A stretch of DNA of 64,000 nt from the NCBI GenBank assembly GCA_902609415.1, contig CACLRR010000002.1, positions 32,182 to 96,181 on the forward strand. Reading direction: 5' to 3'. Shown piece after piece: positions 10,840-20,197 of this stretch. Every line of letters starts with the position of its first letter. Position 1 is the stretch's first letter. Made by a program: the position numbers and the translations under genes. The notes beneath the pieces were generated by a model. It saw only the letters and a program-made list of their open reading frames with translations, ran no database searches and was not told where the DNA came from. The stretch comes from an uncultured Chlamydiae bacterium. Lineage in GTDB: Bacteria; Chlamydiota; Chlamydiia; Chlamydiales; CACLRR01.

Positions 10840-11805
10840 ATGCCTTTTATTGAGGCATTAAGAGCAAGTAATCATACAGGAACTATCCCTTCTTGGTTTA
10901 TGAGACAGGCAGGGAGATATTTACCAAGTTATCAGAGAATTAGGTCTAGATATTCTCTAAGTCATATGTTTTATGACGAGGAGTTAATAGTAAAGATAAC
11001 TCAGCTTCCACTTAACCAGTTTCCCTTAGATGCAGCAATTGTTTTTTCAGATATTCTCCTAGTATTAGAGACTTTAGGGTGTAGGGTGAGCTATATCGAT
11101 GGAGTTGGTCCTAGGATAGATGTTAAAAGGGATCATGATGGGTATCCGTTGTTTGAACAATGCCTAGATGTAAATGATTATTTTTCATTTTTGAAAAGAG
11201 CAATTGTAGGGCTAAAGGAAGAATTAGATGTGCCTTTAATCGGATTTGTAGGAGGTCCATATACTGTATTATCCTATTTATTTAAGGATAGAAAGCTTCC
11301 TAATGATAGAAAGAGAGTTGACCTATTATTAAAGCAGGTCACCTCAAAAATAGAACAACTAGCGCTACTTCAGGAAGACGCAGGCGTTGATGCTTTTCAG
11401 ATTTTTGATACTTGGGCTGGACATCTTCCTGATGATCTTTATCATAGATACTCTCTTGATCCTTGTAAGAAGATAGCACTAAATATTCCTACCCTCTATT
11501 TTTCATTGAATGCAGGAAAGAGAGCTAGGATGATTCTTGATAACTTAGAACCTACAGGAATTAGTTTAGGTGATAACGATTGTTTAGTGAAAATGAGAGA
11601 GGTAGCTAGAGCTCAGGTAGTTCTGCAAGGAAATCTTGATCCTAAACTTGTTTTGCACTCTAAGAAAGAAGCTATAGAGAAAGTTAAAAGAATTAAGGAG
11701 GTAATGAAAAATGATCCAGCCTTTATTTTCAACTTCTCTCATGGCGTATTACCGAAGACCCCTGTTGAAAATATCAGAGCTATTTTCGAGGAGCTTAAGA
11801 GATGA
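10840..11805 (+). CDS. hemE: uroporphyrinogen decarboxylase
   Basis: WFMRQAGRYLP, DAAIVFSDIL, LIGFVGGPYT, QIFDTWAG, LQGNLDP, FNFSHGVLP. Confidence 0.95.
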   Translation: MPFIEALRASNHTGTIPSWFMRQAGRYLPSYQRIRSRYSLSHMFYDEELIVKITQLPLNQFPLDAAIVFSDILLVLETLGCRVSYIDGVGPRIDVKRDHDGYPLFEQCLDVNDYFSFLKRAIVGLKEELDVPLIGFVGGPYTVLSYLFKDRKLPNDRKRVDLLLKQVTSKIEQLALLQEDAGVDAFQIFDTWAGHLPDDLYHRYSLDPCKKIALNIPTLYFSLNAGKRARMILDNLEPTGISLGDNDCLVKMREVARAQVVLQGNLDPKLVLHSKKEAIEKVKRIKEVMKNDPAFIFNFSHGVLPKTPVENIRAIFEELKR

Positions 11806-13004
11806 GAATAGCGATTGTAGGAGGTGGGATATCAGGTCTTTCTCTTGCATATTATTTAAGAAAGGCACACCCCTTGGCAAAAATTGATCTCTATGAAAAG
11901 GAAGAGAGATTAGGGGGGGTAATAGATAGTATTACTGAAGAGGTTTTTTTTTTTGAGAAGGGACCAAGAACATTTCTCACAAAAAAAAGTTGTGAACTTT
12001 TAACCTTAATGGGGGAATTAGGCCTTGAGGATCAGATCATATATGCAGATAACAAAGCTAATACGCGCTACATATGGACTGGTGACACCAAATTAAAAGT
12101 TCCCACAACTCTTTTTGAAGCTATTAGATCTCCTTTAACAAAAGGGATGTTTAAATCGTTGATAACAGAGTGGTCTAGACCCACTATTTGTGAGGATGAA
12201 TCCATCGAGCAGTTTTTTAACCGCCGTATAGGTTGTAGTTTAACAGAGAGTTTGATTAGGCCCATGGTATATGGAATATACGGAGCGGATATTTCAGAAC
12301 TTTCTATAAAACATACTTTTTCTAAATTAAAGGATTTTGAGATAAACAACGGCTCACTTACTGCTGGATTACTCACACAAAAAAGAAAAAAAAGGCCGAT
12401 GGGATCATTATTTACTGTAAAATTAGGACTTACACACTTTATTCATAAATTATCAAAGAAATCGGATGCTAGGATATATCTTAATGAATCTATAGATAAA
12501 ATTAGTCAAAATGAAAGTTTTGTGAAGGTGGAAACTTCCTTACAACAAGAGGAGTATGATTACCTTTTTTCCACATTAGATAAAAGTATAAAAAAGACAT
12601 CTATTACAGTTTGGAATGTGGGGTATAAGTCAGGTGTAACTCTTCCAGATGCTTTTGGGATTTTAGTTAAAAACCCCACCAATCTTCTAGGTATTGTTTT
12701 TGATTCTAAAATCTTTCCTACACAAAATAGGAGTAGAGAAGAGACTCGATTGACAGTGATGACGAAAAATAGCGCAGTTTTAATTGAAGATAGACTGGAG
12801 AGGTTACTAGGTATTAAAAAGAAGCCTGATTTTCTTGTGGTAAAAGAATATAATAATGCTCTTTTTAGACCCCAAGTGGGACATAAAAAAGAAAAAAAGA
12901 GAGATAGAAGGATACATTATTTCTCATCCAACACCCATAGTAAGGTTTCTGTTCCAGATATCGTAAAAGAGGCAAAAAAGTATGTTGAAACACTGGTTTT
13001 ATAG
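11802..13004 (+). CDS. hemY: protoporphyrinogen/coproporphyrinogen oxidase, HemY type, with divergent C-terminus
   Basis: FAD motif IVGGGISGL, RLGG, FEKGPRTF, GIYGAD, FGILV; ATGA overlap with hemE; annotated hemG in Chlamydia. Confidence 0.88.
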   Translation: MRIAIVGGGISGLSLAYYLRKAHPLAKIDLYEKEERLGGVIDSITEEVFFFEKGPRTFLTKKSCELLTLMGELGLEDQIIYADNKANTRYIWTGDTKLKVPTTLFEAIRSPLTKGMFKSLITEWSRPTICEDESIEQFFNRRIGCSLTESLIRPMVYGIYGADISELSIKHTFSKLKDFEINNGSLTAGLLTQKRKKRPMGSLFTVKLGLTHFIHKLSKKSDARIYLNESIDKISQNESFVKVETSLQQEEYDYLFSTLDKSIKKTSITVWNVGYKSGVTLPDAFGILVKNPTNLLGIVFDSKIFPTQNRSREETRLTVMTKNSAVLIEDRLERLLGIKKKPDFLVVKEYNNALFRPQVGHKKEKKRDRRIHYFSSNTHSKVSVPDIVKEAKKYVETLVL

Positions 13005-13851
13005 TTTATTTCTTCTACCTACTTTTTTATCATCATATATTGTTTATAGTGATGAAGAATTAAATATTGTGCGAAAACTTTATCATATGGTGATAACAAA
13101 GACAGATACATCGATAAGTTTTACGTTGCAAGAGTCCACGAAAAGCAATACACCAAAAACAAAGGCAGACATTCAAATTCTGTCCGAAGATGCAACATTT
13201 TTAATGACTGATGTCAATACTAAAGGGAGTGTAGAGTTTAAGTATCAGGTCAAAGTTAAAGGTAATCCATCTTTTAACGGAGGCTATCTACTTAATGATA
13301 TTCAAATGGGACTTAGAATGAACCGGTCAATTTATAGTGATCATTTTCTTTCCTTTCAGGCAATTCAGCTTCCATATCAAACAACAGGATCTCTTACTAT
13401 GATGCCATCCCAGGTAAATCAATCACTAAATATACAACAGATGAGAGATGGTAATAAACTTGCTTTTTGGAGTCAGATCCAAGGAGAAGATCAAATTTTT
13501 TTGAGTACTGATTATACCAGTAGATTTCTATTTTATGATTTAGATAGTTATCAGAAGACTGATTATGAGGAATTAAACCTAAGCGTGGTGGTTCGCTCTG
13601 AAGATATTAAAAATGTGAGTAATGGAAGCTTTTATTACCAGTGGTATCTTCTTATGGATCCCATCACAGCAGGTACAACGCAGGAAAAAATTGACTCAGT
13701 CAATGCAAATGCATTAGATTACCAAAAGGTGTGGATAAATCAAGAGATCACTTTTATAGATCAGATACTTGGTCAGCAGTTAAAAGTATCTACTCGTAAG
13801 ACTCTGAATGATAATAAGAAGAAACTTCAGGCAATACTAGATAGATTTTAA
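12982..13851 (+). CDS. secreted/periplasmic hypothetical protein
   Basis: 289-aa ORF with signal-peptide-like N-terminus; no recognised domain. Confidence 0.65.
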   Translation: MLKHWFYSLFLLPTFLSSYIVYSDEELNIVRKLYHMVITKTDTSISFTLQESTKSNTPKTKADIQILSEDATFLMTDVNTKGSVEFKYQVKVKGNPSFNGGYLLNDIQMGLRMNRSIYSDHFLSFQAIQLPYQTTGSLTMMPSQVNQSLNIQQMRDGNKLAFWSQIQGEDQIFLSTDYTSRFLFYDLDSYQKTDYEELNLSVVVRSEDIKNVSNGSFYYQWYLLMDPITAGTTQEKIDSVNANALDYQKVWINQEITFIDQILGQQLKVSTRKTLNDNKKKLQAILDRF

Positions 13852-14162
13852 ATACAGCTTTTAATTTTTTGTATGAGTTGTTTTATATCCTCTGCGGAAG
13901 GGAACGTAAGAGGCAAGCAGATAATAAATGTGTCAAATTGTTTCATGTTATAACCATCTGGTAGCTTACATCTACAATTTTTAGATGGTCTATCTACAGT
14001 AATGTGGATGGATGGAGAGTGTTTGATATATTCAGGAATATAAGCATCAGTACTACTTATATCAATAAATTCGATCTCGAATTCCGCTAGGTGTGGCTTT
14101 AAGCAATCAGTGCACTGACAACAATTATGGGACTTAGGGTTATAGAAGTATTTTATTTCCAT
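13848..14162 (-). CDS. small Cys-rich thioredoxin/glutaredoxin-fold-like protein
   Basis: beta-strand then CCQCTDC, IEFIDI strand, SPSIHI cis-Pro-like motif, terminal PSAEDIKQLI helix. Confidence 0.55.
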   Translation of the reverse strand: MEIKYFYNPKSHNCCQCTDCLKPHLAEFEIEFIDISSTDAYIPEYIKHSPSIHITVDRPSKNCRCKLPDGYNMKQFDTFIICLPLTFPSAEDIKQLIQKIKSCI

Positions 14163-14256
14163 AATATTTTTTTATTTAATTATGTCATATTTATGAATTG
14201 ATTTACACTCTCTATCTCTTATTGCGTTCTTTTTTTTTGTATGTCATGATAGTTTT

Positions 14257-14592
14257 ATGTCTCAAGATTGTATTTTTTGTAAGATTGTTAGAAAAGAAGT
14301 ACCCGCGGATATCCTATTTGAAGATAACGATATGCTTATATTTAACGACATTAATCCTCAAGCACCTACACACCTATTGGTGATACCAAAAGAGCATATT
14401 TCTACATTCAGTGAATTAGATGATGCAGTTCTTATGGGGAAAATCTTTACTAAAGTAAATGAGGTATCTAAAGCTCAGAAATTAAAGAATTATAGGGTAG
14501 TGATCAATAATGGTAAGGATGCAGGGCAGGAGGTCTTTCATCTACATGTACATATTATTGCTGGAAGAGAAATGAGCTGGCCTCCAGGCTAA
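14257..14592 (+). CDS. hinT: histidine triad nucleotide-binding protein (HIT family)
   Basis: DCIFCKI, DINPQAPTHLLVIPK, GQEVFHLHVHIIAGR, WPPG. Confidence 0.96.
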   Translation: MSQDCIFCKIVRKEVPADILFEDNDMLIFNDINPQAPTHLLVIPKEHISTFSELDDAVLMGKIFTKVNEVSKAQKLKNYRVVINNGKDAGQEVFHLHVHIIAGREMSWPPG

Positions 14593-15023
14593 TATTTGGA
14601 GCAAAAATATCTAGTAAGAGATAGAGGAAATGCAGTACAAACAGCCGTTAAGAACATTCCCCATACAGTATCTATAACAGCTAAATGAAATGTCCACTGA
14701 TGCATTACTGTAAGATTTGATAGATTCATGATGCCAAAAAGAAAGAATCCAAAAAGTAGGCCTCTAAAGAACACCTTCCATCCTAGAGTTTTATGTATAT
14801 ATTCAAGGTGAATAAAGAAGAAAATATAAAAAGTAAAGAGGATATAAGTAAGAAGGAGTGCAGTTGTATTATTGATATAGCTCTGAGCATCTGGATGTCT
14901 CATGGTATCAAAAATACTTTCATAGTATTTAAAGCCTATAAAGGAAAACCAAAACCATTCCAAAAGGATTATACAAAGAAAGGTTGTAACGATAAGAAAA
15001 AGATATTTCATAGATACCCGCAT
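14589..15023 (-). CDS. DUF2177-family membrane protein
   Basis: four hydrophobic segments; GIMNLSNLTV..W....AVIDTVWG resembles the DUF2177 signature. Confidence 0.75.
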   Translation of the reverse strand: MRVSMKYLFLIVTTFLCIILLEWFWFSFIGFKYYESIFDTMRHPDAQSYINNTTALLLTYILFTFYIFFFIHLEYIHKTLGWKVFFRGLLFGFFLFGIMNLSNLTVMHQWTFHLAVIDTVWGMFLTAVCTAFPLSLTRYFCSKY

Positions 15024-15025
15024 TT

Positions 15026-16198
15026 TTATTTTCTATATAAACTAACAATGCCAAAAAGGCAAATAATACCAAATACAATGAGAGGAAAAAAGTTGGTAAT
15101 GGAGGCTAGAGAGGCTCCTAAAAATCCTGAAACAGCTTCTGCTAAAACCTGTAGCGACTGATTGTTACCCATTACAGATCCTTGTTTATTTTCCGGGGCC
15201 ATGTGAGCTATGTATGTGACAGAAAATGTTAGTGTTATGGCAAGAAGGCCGGTTGAAATAAAGAGAGGGAGCCATAGGTATCTTAATTGTGTAAAAAGAG
15301 GAAGAGTTAGTAATGAGAGAGCAAAGAGAGCTCCAAAAAGAAGGACATTTTTTTTTGCAGGAAATTTCGAGAGAGGCTTAATTAGTGTCAGGTTAATAAG
15401 AATCATAGGCAAGGAGACGTAGGCAATGTATAGAGAAAGGGTGGTGAAGTCCACATTAAATCGATCTACAAGGTAAATTGGATAAACGCGAAAGAAGCCA
15501 AAAATAGGGAGATAGATAAGGAAGTTTATGAAGAAGTAACTTCTTAGAGGTCCTTTTTTAAAGATTGTAAAAAAATTAAGGAGGGTTTTTTTTATATGTA
15601 TTTCTTTTGATTGATTGAGATTTGATTCCTTGTAGGATTTATATATCCATACTGCTAGAAGAAAAAGGAGTATACCTTCGACGTAAAATATTGTACCTAT
15701 TCCTGTTAAAGATGCAAGGAGGGGGCCTGCAACAAAAGAGGCACTAACAAAAATATAAATAAGGCCAAAATAGCGACTCTGATTCTCTTTTTTAACAATA
15801 TCAATGATAGATCCTTGAGCAATTGCAATATTACCCTCTGACATTCCAGTAAAAAAAGAGAGAAAAAATAGCCATAGGAGGGATTTTTTTAAGATAGCAA
15901 TCCCTGTAAGCAAGTATAGGCAGCCTCCAATAACTAGCGAAAAAATTAGTAGGGGTTTTCTTCCCTTAACATCGGAGAGTGCTCCAAGGATAGGAGCGCC
16001 AATAAATTGACCTAAAGGGTACATAGCTATAAGAATCCCTAGGAGTAATTTCCTTGTGGTAGTAGAAAAACCTAAGTAGCTTACGTAATAGCCATCATGC
16101 AGCATTAGTGCAGTATAGGTGGGGACAGTAATTGCATAACCCATAAACCCTATAAATAGTACGCTATAGATAGGGAGGAGTTTTCTAAAGTGAATCAT
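15026..16198 (-). CDS. MFS transporter (DHA1/TetA-like)
   Basis: motif A GALSDVKGRK, about 12 TM segments, QGSVMG. Confidence 0.92.
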   Translation of the reverse strand: MIHFRKLLPIYSVLFIGFMGYAITVPTYTALMLHDGYYVSYLGFSTTTRKLLLGILIAMYPLGQFIGAPILGALSDVKGRKPLLIFSLVIGGCLYLLTGIAILKKSLLWLFFLSFFTGMSEGNIAIAQGSIIDIVKKENQSRYFGLIYIFVSASFVAGPLLASLTGIGTIFYVEGILLFLLAVWIYKSYKESNLNQSKEIHIKKTLLNFFTIFKKGPLRSYFFINFLIYLPIFGFFRVYPIYLVDRFNVDFTTLSLYIAYVSLPMILINLTLIKPLSKFPAKKNVLLFGALFALSLLTLPLFTQLRYLWLPLFISTGLLAITLTFSVTYIAHMAPENKQGSVMGNNQSLQVLAEAVSGFLGASLASITNFFPLIVFGIICLFGIVSLYRK

Positions 16199-18204
16199 TT
16201 TTCAAGCTTTTTTAGGTAGGTTTCTTCTTTGTAGGGTCTGTTAAGAAATTGTTCAAGCACTATATTGATGTCATAATTGCCAGCTTTTTCAAGAACCTCT
16301 TTCCTGTAGATCTTTCCAATAGATCCGTTTAAAGGTCCCCCACGTTCAACAATTGATTCATAGAGATCTTCTGCAATAATTTTAGACCATAGATAGGAGT
16401 AGTATTTGGCCCCATACCCTGCCAGGTGATCAAAGGAGAGGTAGAAATGATTTTTATTGGATATATCAAGTTGTGGTAGAATCTTTGCATAGAGTTGGGA
16501 TAGAAGTTTTTTAGGGTCTACATCTTTGGATTCACTAAATAGGTTAAGAGAGAGTTTAGAAAGTAAAGCCTGCCTTGCAATGAAGTAGCCAATGTAGAGG
16601 TCCTCTGCCTGCAGAAAAGGTTTTACGAGATCAAGAGTAATAGGTTCTTTTGTCTCGGGATGCTCACTTATTTTTTGGAGTATTGAGCTATCTGTAAGCC
16701 ATTTTTCTAAAAGTTGGGAAGGTACCTCAACAAAATCTGTAGACACGGAGCATGAAGCTGTAAGACTTAATGGTGATTTTCCTAGAATTGCATGCAGACT
16801 GTGACCAAATTCGTGAAAGAGAGTATTTACTTCTGATAAGGAGAGAAATGAAGGTTCCTTGGAAAAATTTGTAACTATGAGTGCAAGTGCTGGTAACCTT
16901 TCTGTTTTTGTAGAAAGAGCAGGGATGATGGGACAGCAACAAGCATGTGAGTATTTTCCCTCTCTTGGAAAGAGATCAAATTGAACATGACCTAATAACT
17001 GGTTACTCTCTTTATCTTTAATTGTCCATGTGGGAATATCATGGCCCCATTGAGAATTTGTAATAGTTGTTATTGTTAGGCCAAAGAAGCTCTCAAAAAT
17101 CTCTTTCATTCCGCTCATTACCTTTTCTAAAGGGAAGTAGGGGCGTAATTTTTCAGAGTCAAGATTAATCGTCTTCATTTTATGTTGATCGAATAGAAAA
17201 GGTAGATCATGAAGATAGATTCTTTCCTGTGAAGTTAGTAGTTCTGTATGATTTTTGGTAAGGTTTTCTAGTTCTAAGGATGCTTTTTGTGTGCTTCTAT
17301 TAATTAGCTTTTCTAAAAATAGGGTTACTTTTTTAGGGTTTTGTGCCATTTGATTGCTTAGGTCAAGTTCGGCATAGTTTTTAAAGTTTAGTGCTGTTGC
17401 TAATTGGTGTCTTGTTGAGATTAATTCCTCTAAGATTTTAATATTGTCAGGATAGGCTCTATTTGTAAATAAGTCATGTAATGCCTCTCTCACCTTGCTC
17501 GTTTTACACTTTTTCATAATCGGGATATAGATGGGATAGGACAGGTTGACACTATAGAGACCTGATTCTGATTTATTAAGAGACTCAATGAAGTTATCAC
17601 TAAGTCCTTGAAGTTGCTCTTTTGAAAATGTAGTTTTTTTTGCGTCACGTTGAATATTTAGACTAAATTGGTGTGAAAGCTCAGAATTTTTCTTAAACAG
17701 TTCTTTGATATTTTGTTGTTCTAATGAGCTAAGTTGACTTGGATCACAGTTTAGAGAAAGAGACCATTTTTCTTTCCATTTTTCAATATTGTATTTCGTT
17801 GGTATATAATTGACAGTTTCAATAAGAGAAAAATCAAGAAGAATATCATAAAAAAGGGCTTCGATTTTATTTTGCATTGTGTGTAGAAATTCAGTTTTTT
17901 CATTCTCAGTGAGTACTAATGAAAGCGCTTCAAGTCTACTCAACTGCATGGAAAGAGAGCCAAGTGCTTGATCGAGGGGCAGAATAACATTTTCCATGGT
18001 TCTTTGATCTTGTTTGAGGCTAAGTATGCTCTTCTTGATATGATTGAAATGTGAAATAGAGGTATTGACATCATCCTCAAGATTTTTCTTATCATAGGTT
18101 AAGAATGATTTTATTTGAGAAGAGGTTCTGATGGTTGGAAAGGGCAGTGAAAAGAGAGAGGTTATTGAAAATAAAAGTATAAAGAAGAAACCTGTATGCA
18201 TCAT
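16195..18204 (-). CDS. M3 family oligopeptidase (OpdA/thimet-like) with signal peptide
   Basis: DLFPREGK, TLFHEFGH zinc motif, DFVEVPSQLLE, GYGAKYYSYLWS. Confidence 0.93.
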   Translation of the reverse strand: MMHTGFFFILLFSITSLFSLPFPTIRTSSQIKSFLTYDKKNLEDDVNTSISHFNHIKKSILSLKQDQRTMENVILPLDQALGSLSMQLSRLEALSLVLTENEKTEFLHTMQNKIEALFYDILLDFSLIETVNYIPTKYNIEKWKEKWSLSLNCDPSQLSSLEQQNIKELFKKNSELSHQFSLNIQRDAKKTTFSKEQLQGLSDNFIESLNKSESGLYSVNLSYPIYIPIMKKCKTSKVREALHDLFTNRAYPDNIKILEELISTRHQLATALNFKNYAELDLSNQMAQNPKKVTLFLEKLINRSTQKASLELENLTKNHTELLTSQERIYLHDLPFLFDQHKMKTINLDSEKLRPYFPLEKVMSGMKEIFESFFGLTITTITNSQWGHDIPTWTIKDKESNQLLGHVQFDLFPREGKYSHACCCPIIPALSTKTERLPALALIVTNFSKEPSFLSLSEVNTLFHEFGHSLHAILGKSPLSLTASCSVSTDFVEVPSQLLEKWLTDSSILQKISEHPETKEPITLDLVKPFLQAEDLYIGYFIARQALLSKLSLNLFSESKDVDPKKLLSQLYAKILPQLDISNKNHFYLSFDHLAGYGAKYYSYLWSKIIAEDLYESIVERGGPLNGSIGKIYRKEVLEKAGNYDINIVLEQFLNRPYKEETYLKKLEK

Positions 18205-18896
18205 AAGCTCATAAATTTTAGTTTTTTTTCGATCTTAGTGTGATCTCTTCTTGAAGTCAAGGGAGACTGCTTTCTTTTAGCAAACGTCTCTTGAAATGTA
18301 TAAATAAGGTTTTTTTCTGTAATATGCTCAAGAAAATCAATGTGAATAAGATGGCTATCTCCACTGTGGTGCTTGATGATATCAAATGCGCTTTTGTCGT
18401 TTGATTTATTGACTACAACGCTAAATAATGGAATATCTTCTTCTTTAAGTTTTTCAATAGTGAGAATCGCATGATCAATACAACTATTATTTTGTGACAT
18501 CACAAGCATTACAGGTGCTTTTGTTTTTTTGATGAAATCTAAAAAGAGATCCTCCTCATTGAGTGGTACCATAATCCCACCAGGGCCTTCAATAATCATA
18601 TGCTCATACGGTGAAGTCAGCCTTGGATGGAGAGAATCTAAATCAACTTGAGTATGTTGTGCGCAGGGAAGAGTCTCTTTGTGATAAAGATAAGATTCTC
18701 GCAGAAAGTGTTTGGATGGCAGTGCTGTTGTTTCATGAATCCATTCAGTATCGGTGCACGGTGAGATGCCGCACTGTATTGGTTTCCAATAGAGGGCTCT
18801 TAAACCCATCATTAATGTTGCAGCAACAAAAGTTTTTCCCACTGATTTTGTGGTAGAAATAATAATCAACTGTCTAGGAAAAGTAATTAGGTTCAT
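18201..18896 (-). CDS. bioD: dethiobiotin synthase (divergent)
   Basis: VGKT P-loop, YWKPIQCG, IEGPGGIMVPL. Confidence 0.82.
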   Translation of the reverse strand: MNLITFPRQLIIISTTKSVGKTFVAATLMMGLRALYWKPIQCGISPCTDTEWIHETTALPSKHFLRESYLYHKETLPCAQHTQVDLDSLHPRLTSPYEHMIIEGPGGIMVPLNEEDLFLDFIKKTKAPVMLVMSQNNSCIDHAILTIEKLKEEDIPLFSVVVNKSNDKSAFDIIKHHSGDSHLIHIDFLEHITEKNLIYTFQETFAKRKQSPLTSRRDHTKIEKKLKFMSL

Positions 18897-19066
18897 CTGT
18901 CCCCTCCTTGTATTTGAATGATTTTTTGAATATAAAGATTAAGGTTATTTAAAGAAATAAAAAACTTTCGAACAATTTATCATGTCTTAATTTAGCGAAG
19001 TTTAGACGGATTAGACTTTACCTATCTAAATTAGGTGCAAATTCCTAATAACAGGATTCCTTGAGT

Positions 19067-20188
19067 TTATAGCAGTTCTTGGTCATGGAGGTGATAGATC
19101 TTAGATAGTTGTATAGTGAGGTTTTGGTAGTCCTCTCGTGAGTGCGACTCGTTAAGACATAGGATTAGAGTTTTATCTTTATGAGATGGAACTTGTGAAT
19201 AGATATACTCTTTTAACAGGTGAATATGGCATAGATCTCTTTTAGTTTTTGTTAAAAAGTGGATGTGTATGATTCCTTTCTGGTTTGTTGAGAATTCTAT
19301 AGCGTGGTGGGTAAGTTTTTCTACAAGGAACTTATTGAGTTCCTCAACATAGAGACGTTTGGAATCCATATTTGGAAGGAGTTCAATAATGGAGCGAAGG
19401 CTTCCAAGGTGTGCTGGAGGAAGTGGTTTTTTTTGGTTAAATAGGGGTGAAAAGAGCTCAAAAAACCGATGTATTTCGCTAGAAGACGCAATGTAGGTAG
19501 CAAGAGGTGCTTTTTCGTTGTAGAGGTGTCCAACAGCAAGATCAATATCACTATTGTGAGCTGCAATGCCTAGATTGTATTTCCCAGTAGTTGAAAAGCT
19601 TAATGTATTGTCATAGTAGGTAAGGGCTTTATATTTAAGGGCAAGGGATGCAATTTGGTTGAGGTATTTTTCTGAGGATATGGCTATTAGTGTTGTTTGT
19701 GCTGGGGAACACTGTTTAAGTTTGTCTTCTAATGCATCAATAGTGTGGAATTGGTGGATATTATCTGATTGGTGGAGGGGTTTGATGAAAGGATAGAGAT
19801 CAGTATCAACAAGTATACGTGTATTGCAACCTAAAAGAGAGTTGAAGAGTTGAGTGTGAATGTCTGCTGTAAAGGAAAAGAGAGAACAGGTTTCGTAATT
19901 AAGTGCTTTTTTGTATTTTTCCTCTGTAGCTATATTTTCCTTTAAATGGGCTAAAAGGGGTCTAGAGGGTGTGGATCCCGTTCCCCATTTAACTACATTT
20001 TCTATAGCATTTTTTTTAGCAAGAGGTAAGGAGGCAATATTTAGGAAGTCATAGGAGTCCATATACAAAGGTCTCATATCTTTTAAGGGGCGCTGATTCG
20101 TTTGAGTTGCGGGCCTAAGTTGAAGAAAGAGGTTTTGTTTGTTCTTTTTTTCTATCGCTTCTAAAAGCGGTTGCATTGCTAGAGACAT
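19067..20188 (-). CDS. BioF-like PLP class II fold protein, probably catalytically inactive
   Basis: SYDFLNI (~SNDYLGL), WGTGSTPSR (~GSGGSR), LPPAHLG; DEAH replaced by DNTL and no TLGK lysine motif. Confidence 0.7.
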   Translation of the reverse strand: MSLAMQPLLEAIEKKNKQNLFLQLRPATQTNQRPLKDMRPLYMDSYDFLNIASLPLAKKNAIENVVKWGTGSTPSRPLLAHLKENIATEEKYKKALNYETCSLFSFTADIHTQLFNSLLGCNTRILVDTDLYPFIKPLHQSDNIHQFHTIDALEDKLKQCSPAQTTLIAISSEKYLNQIASLALKYKALTYYDNTLSFSTTGKYNLGIAAHNSDIDLAVGHLYNEKAPLATYIASSSEIHRFFELFSPLFNQKKPLPPAHLGSLRSIIELLPNMDSKRLYVEELNKFLVEKLTHHAIEFSTNQKGIIHIHFLTKTKRDLCHIHLLKEYIYSQVPSHKDKTLILCLNESHSREDYQNLTIQLSKIYHLHDQELL

Positions 20189-20197
20189 TAGCTATCC

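Noticed and set aside
18991-19035. TTAG(AC) repeats and a TTTAGA..TCTAAA inverted pair upstream of bioD as a BirA operator
   Set aside because: No match to the TGTAAACC-N14-16-GGTTTACA pattern; the short AT-rich matches could be chance.
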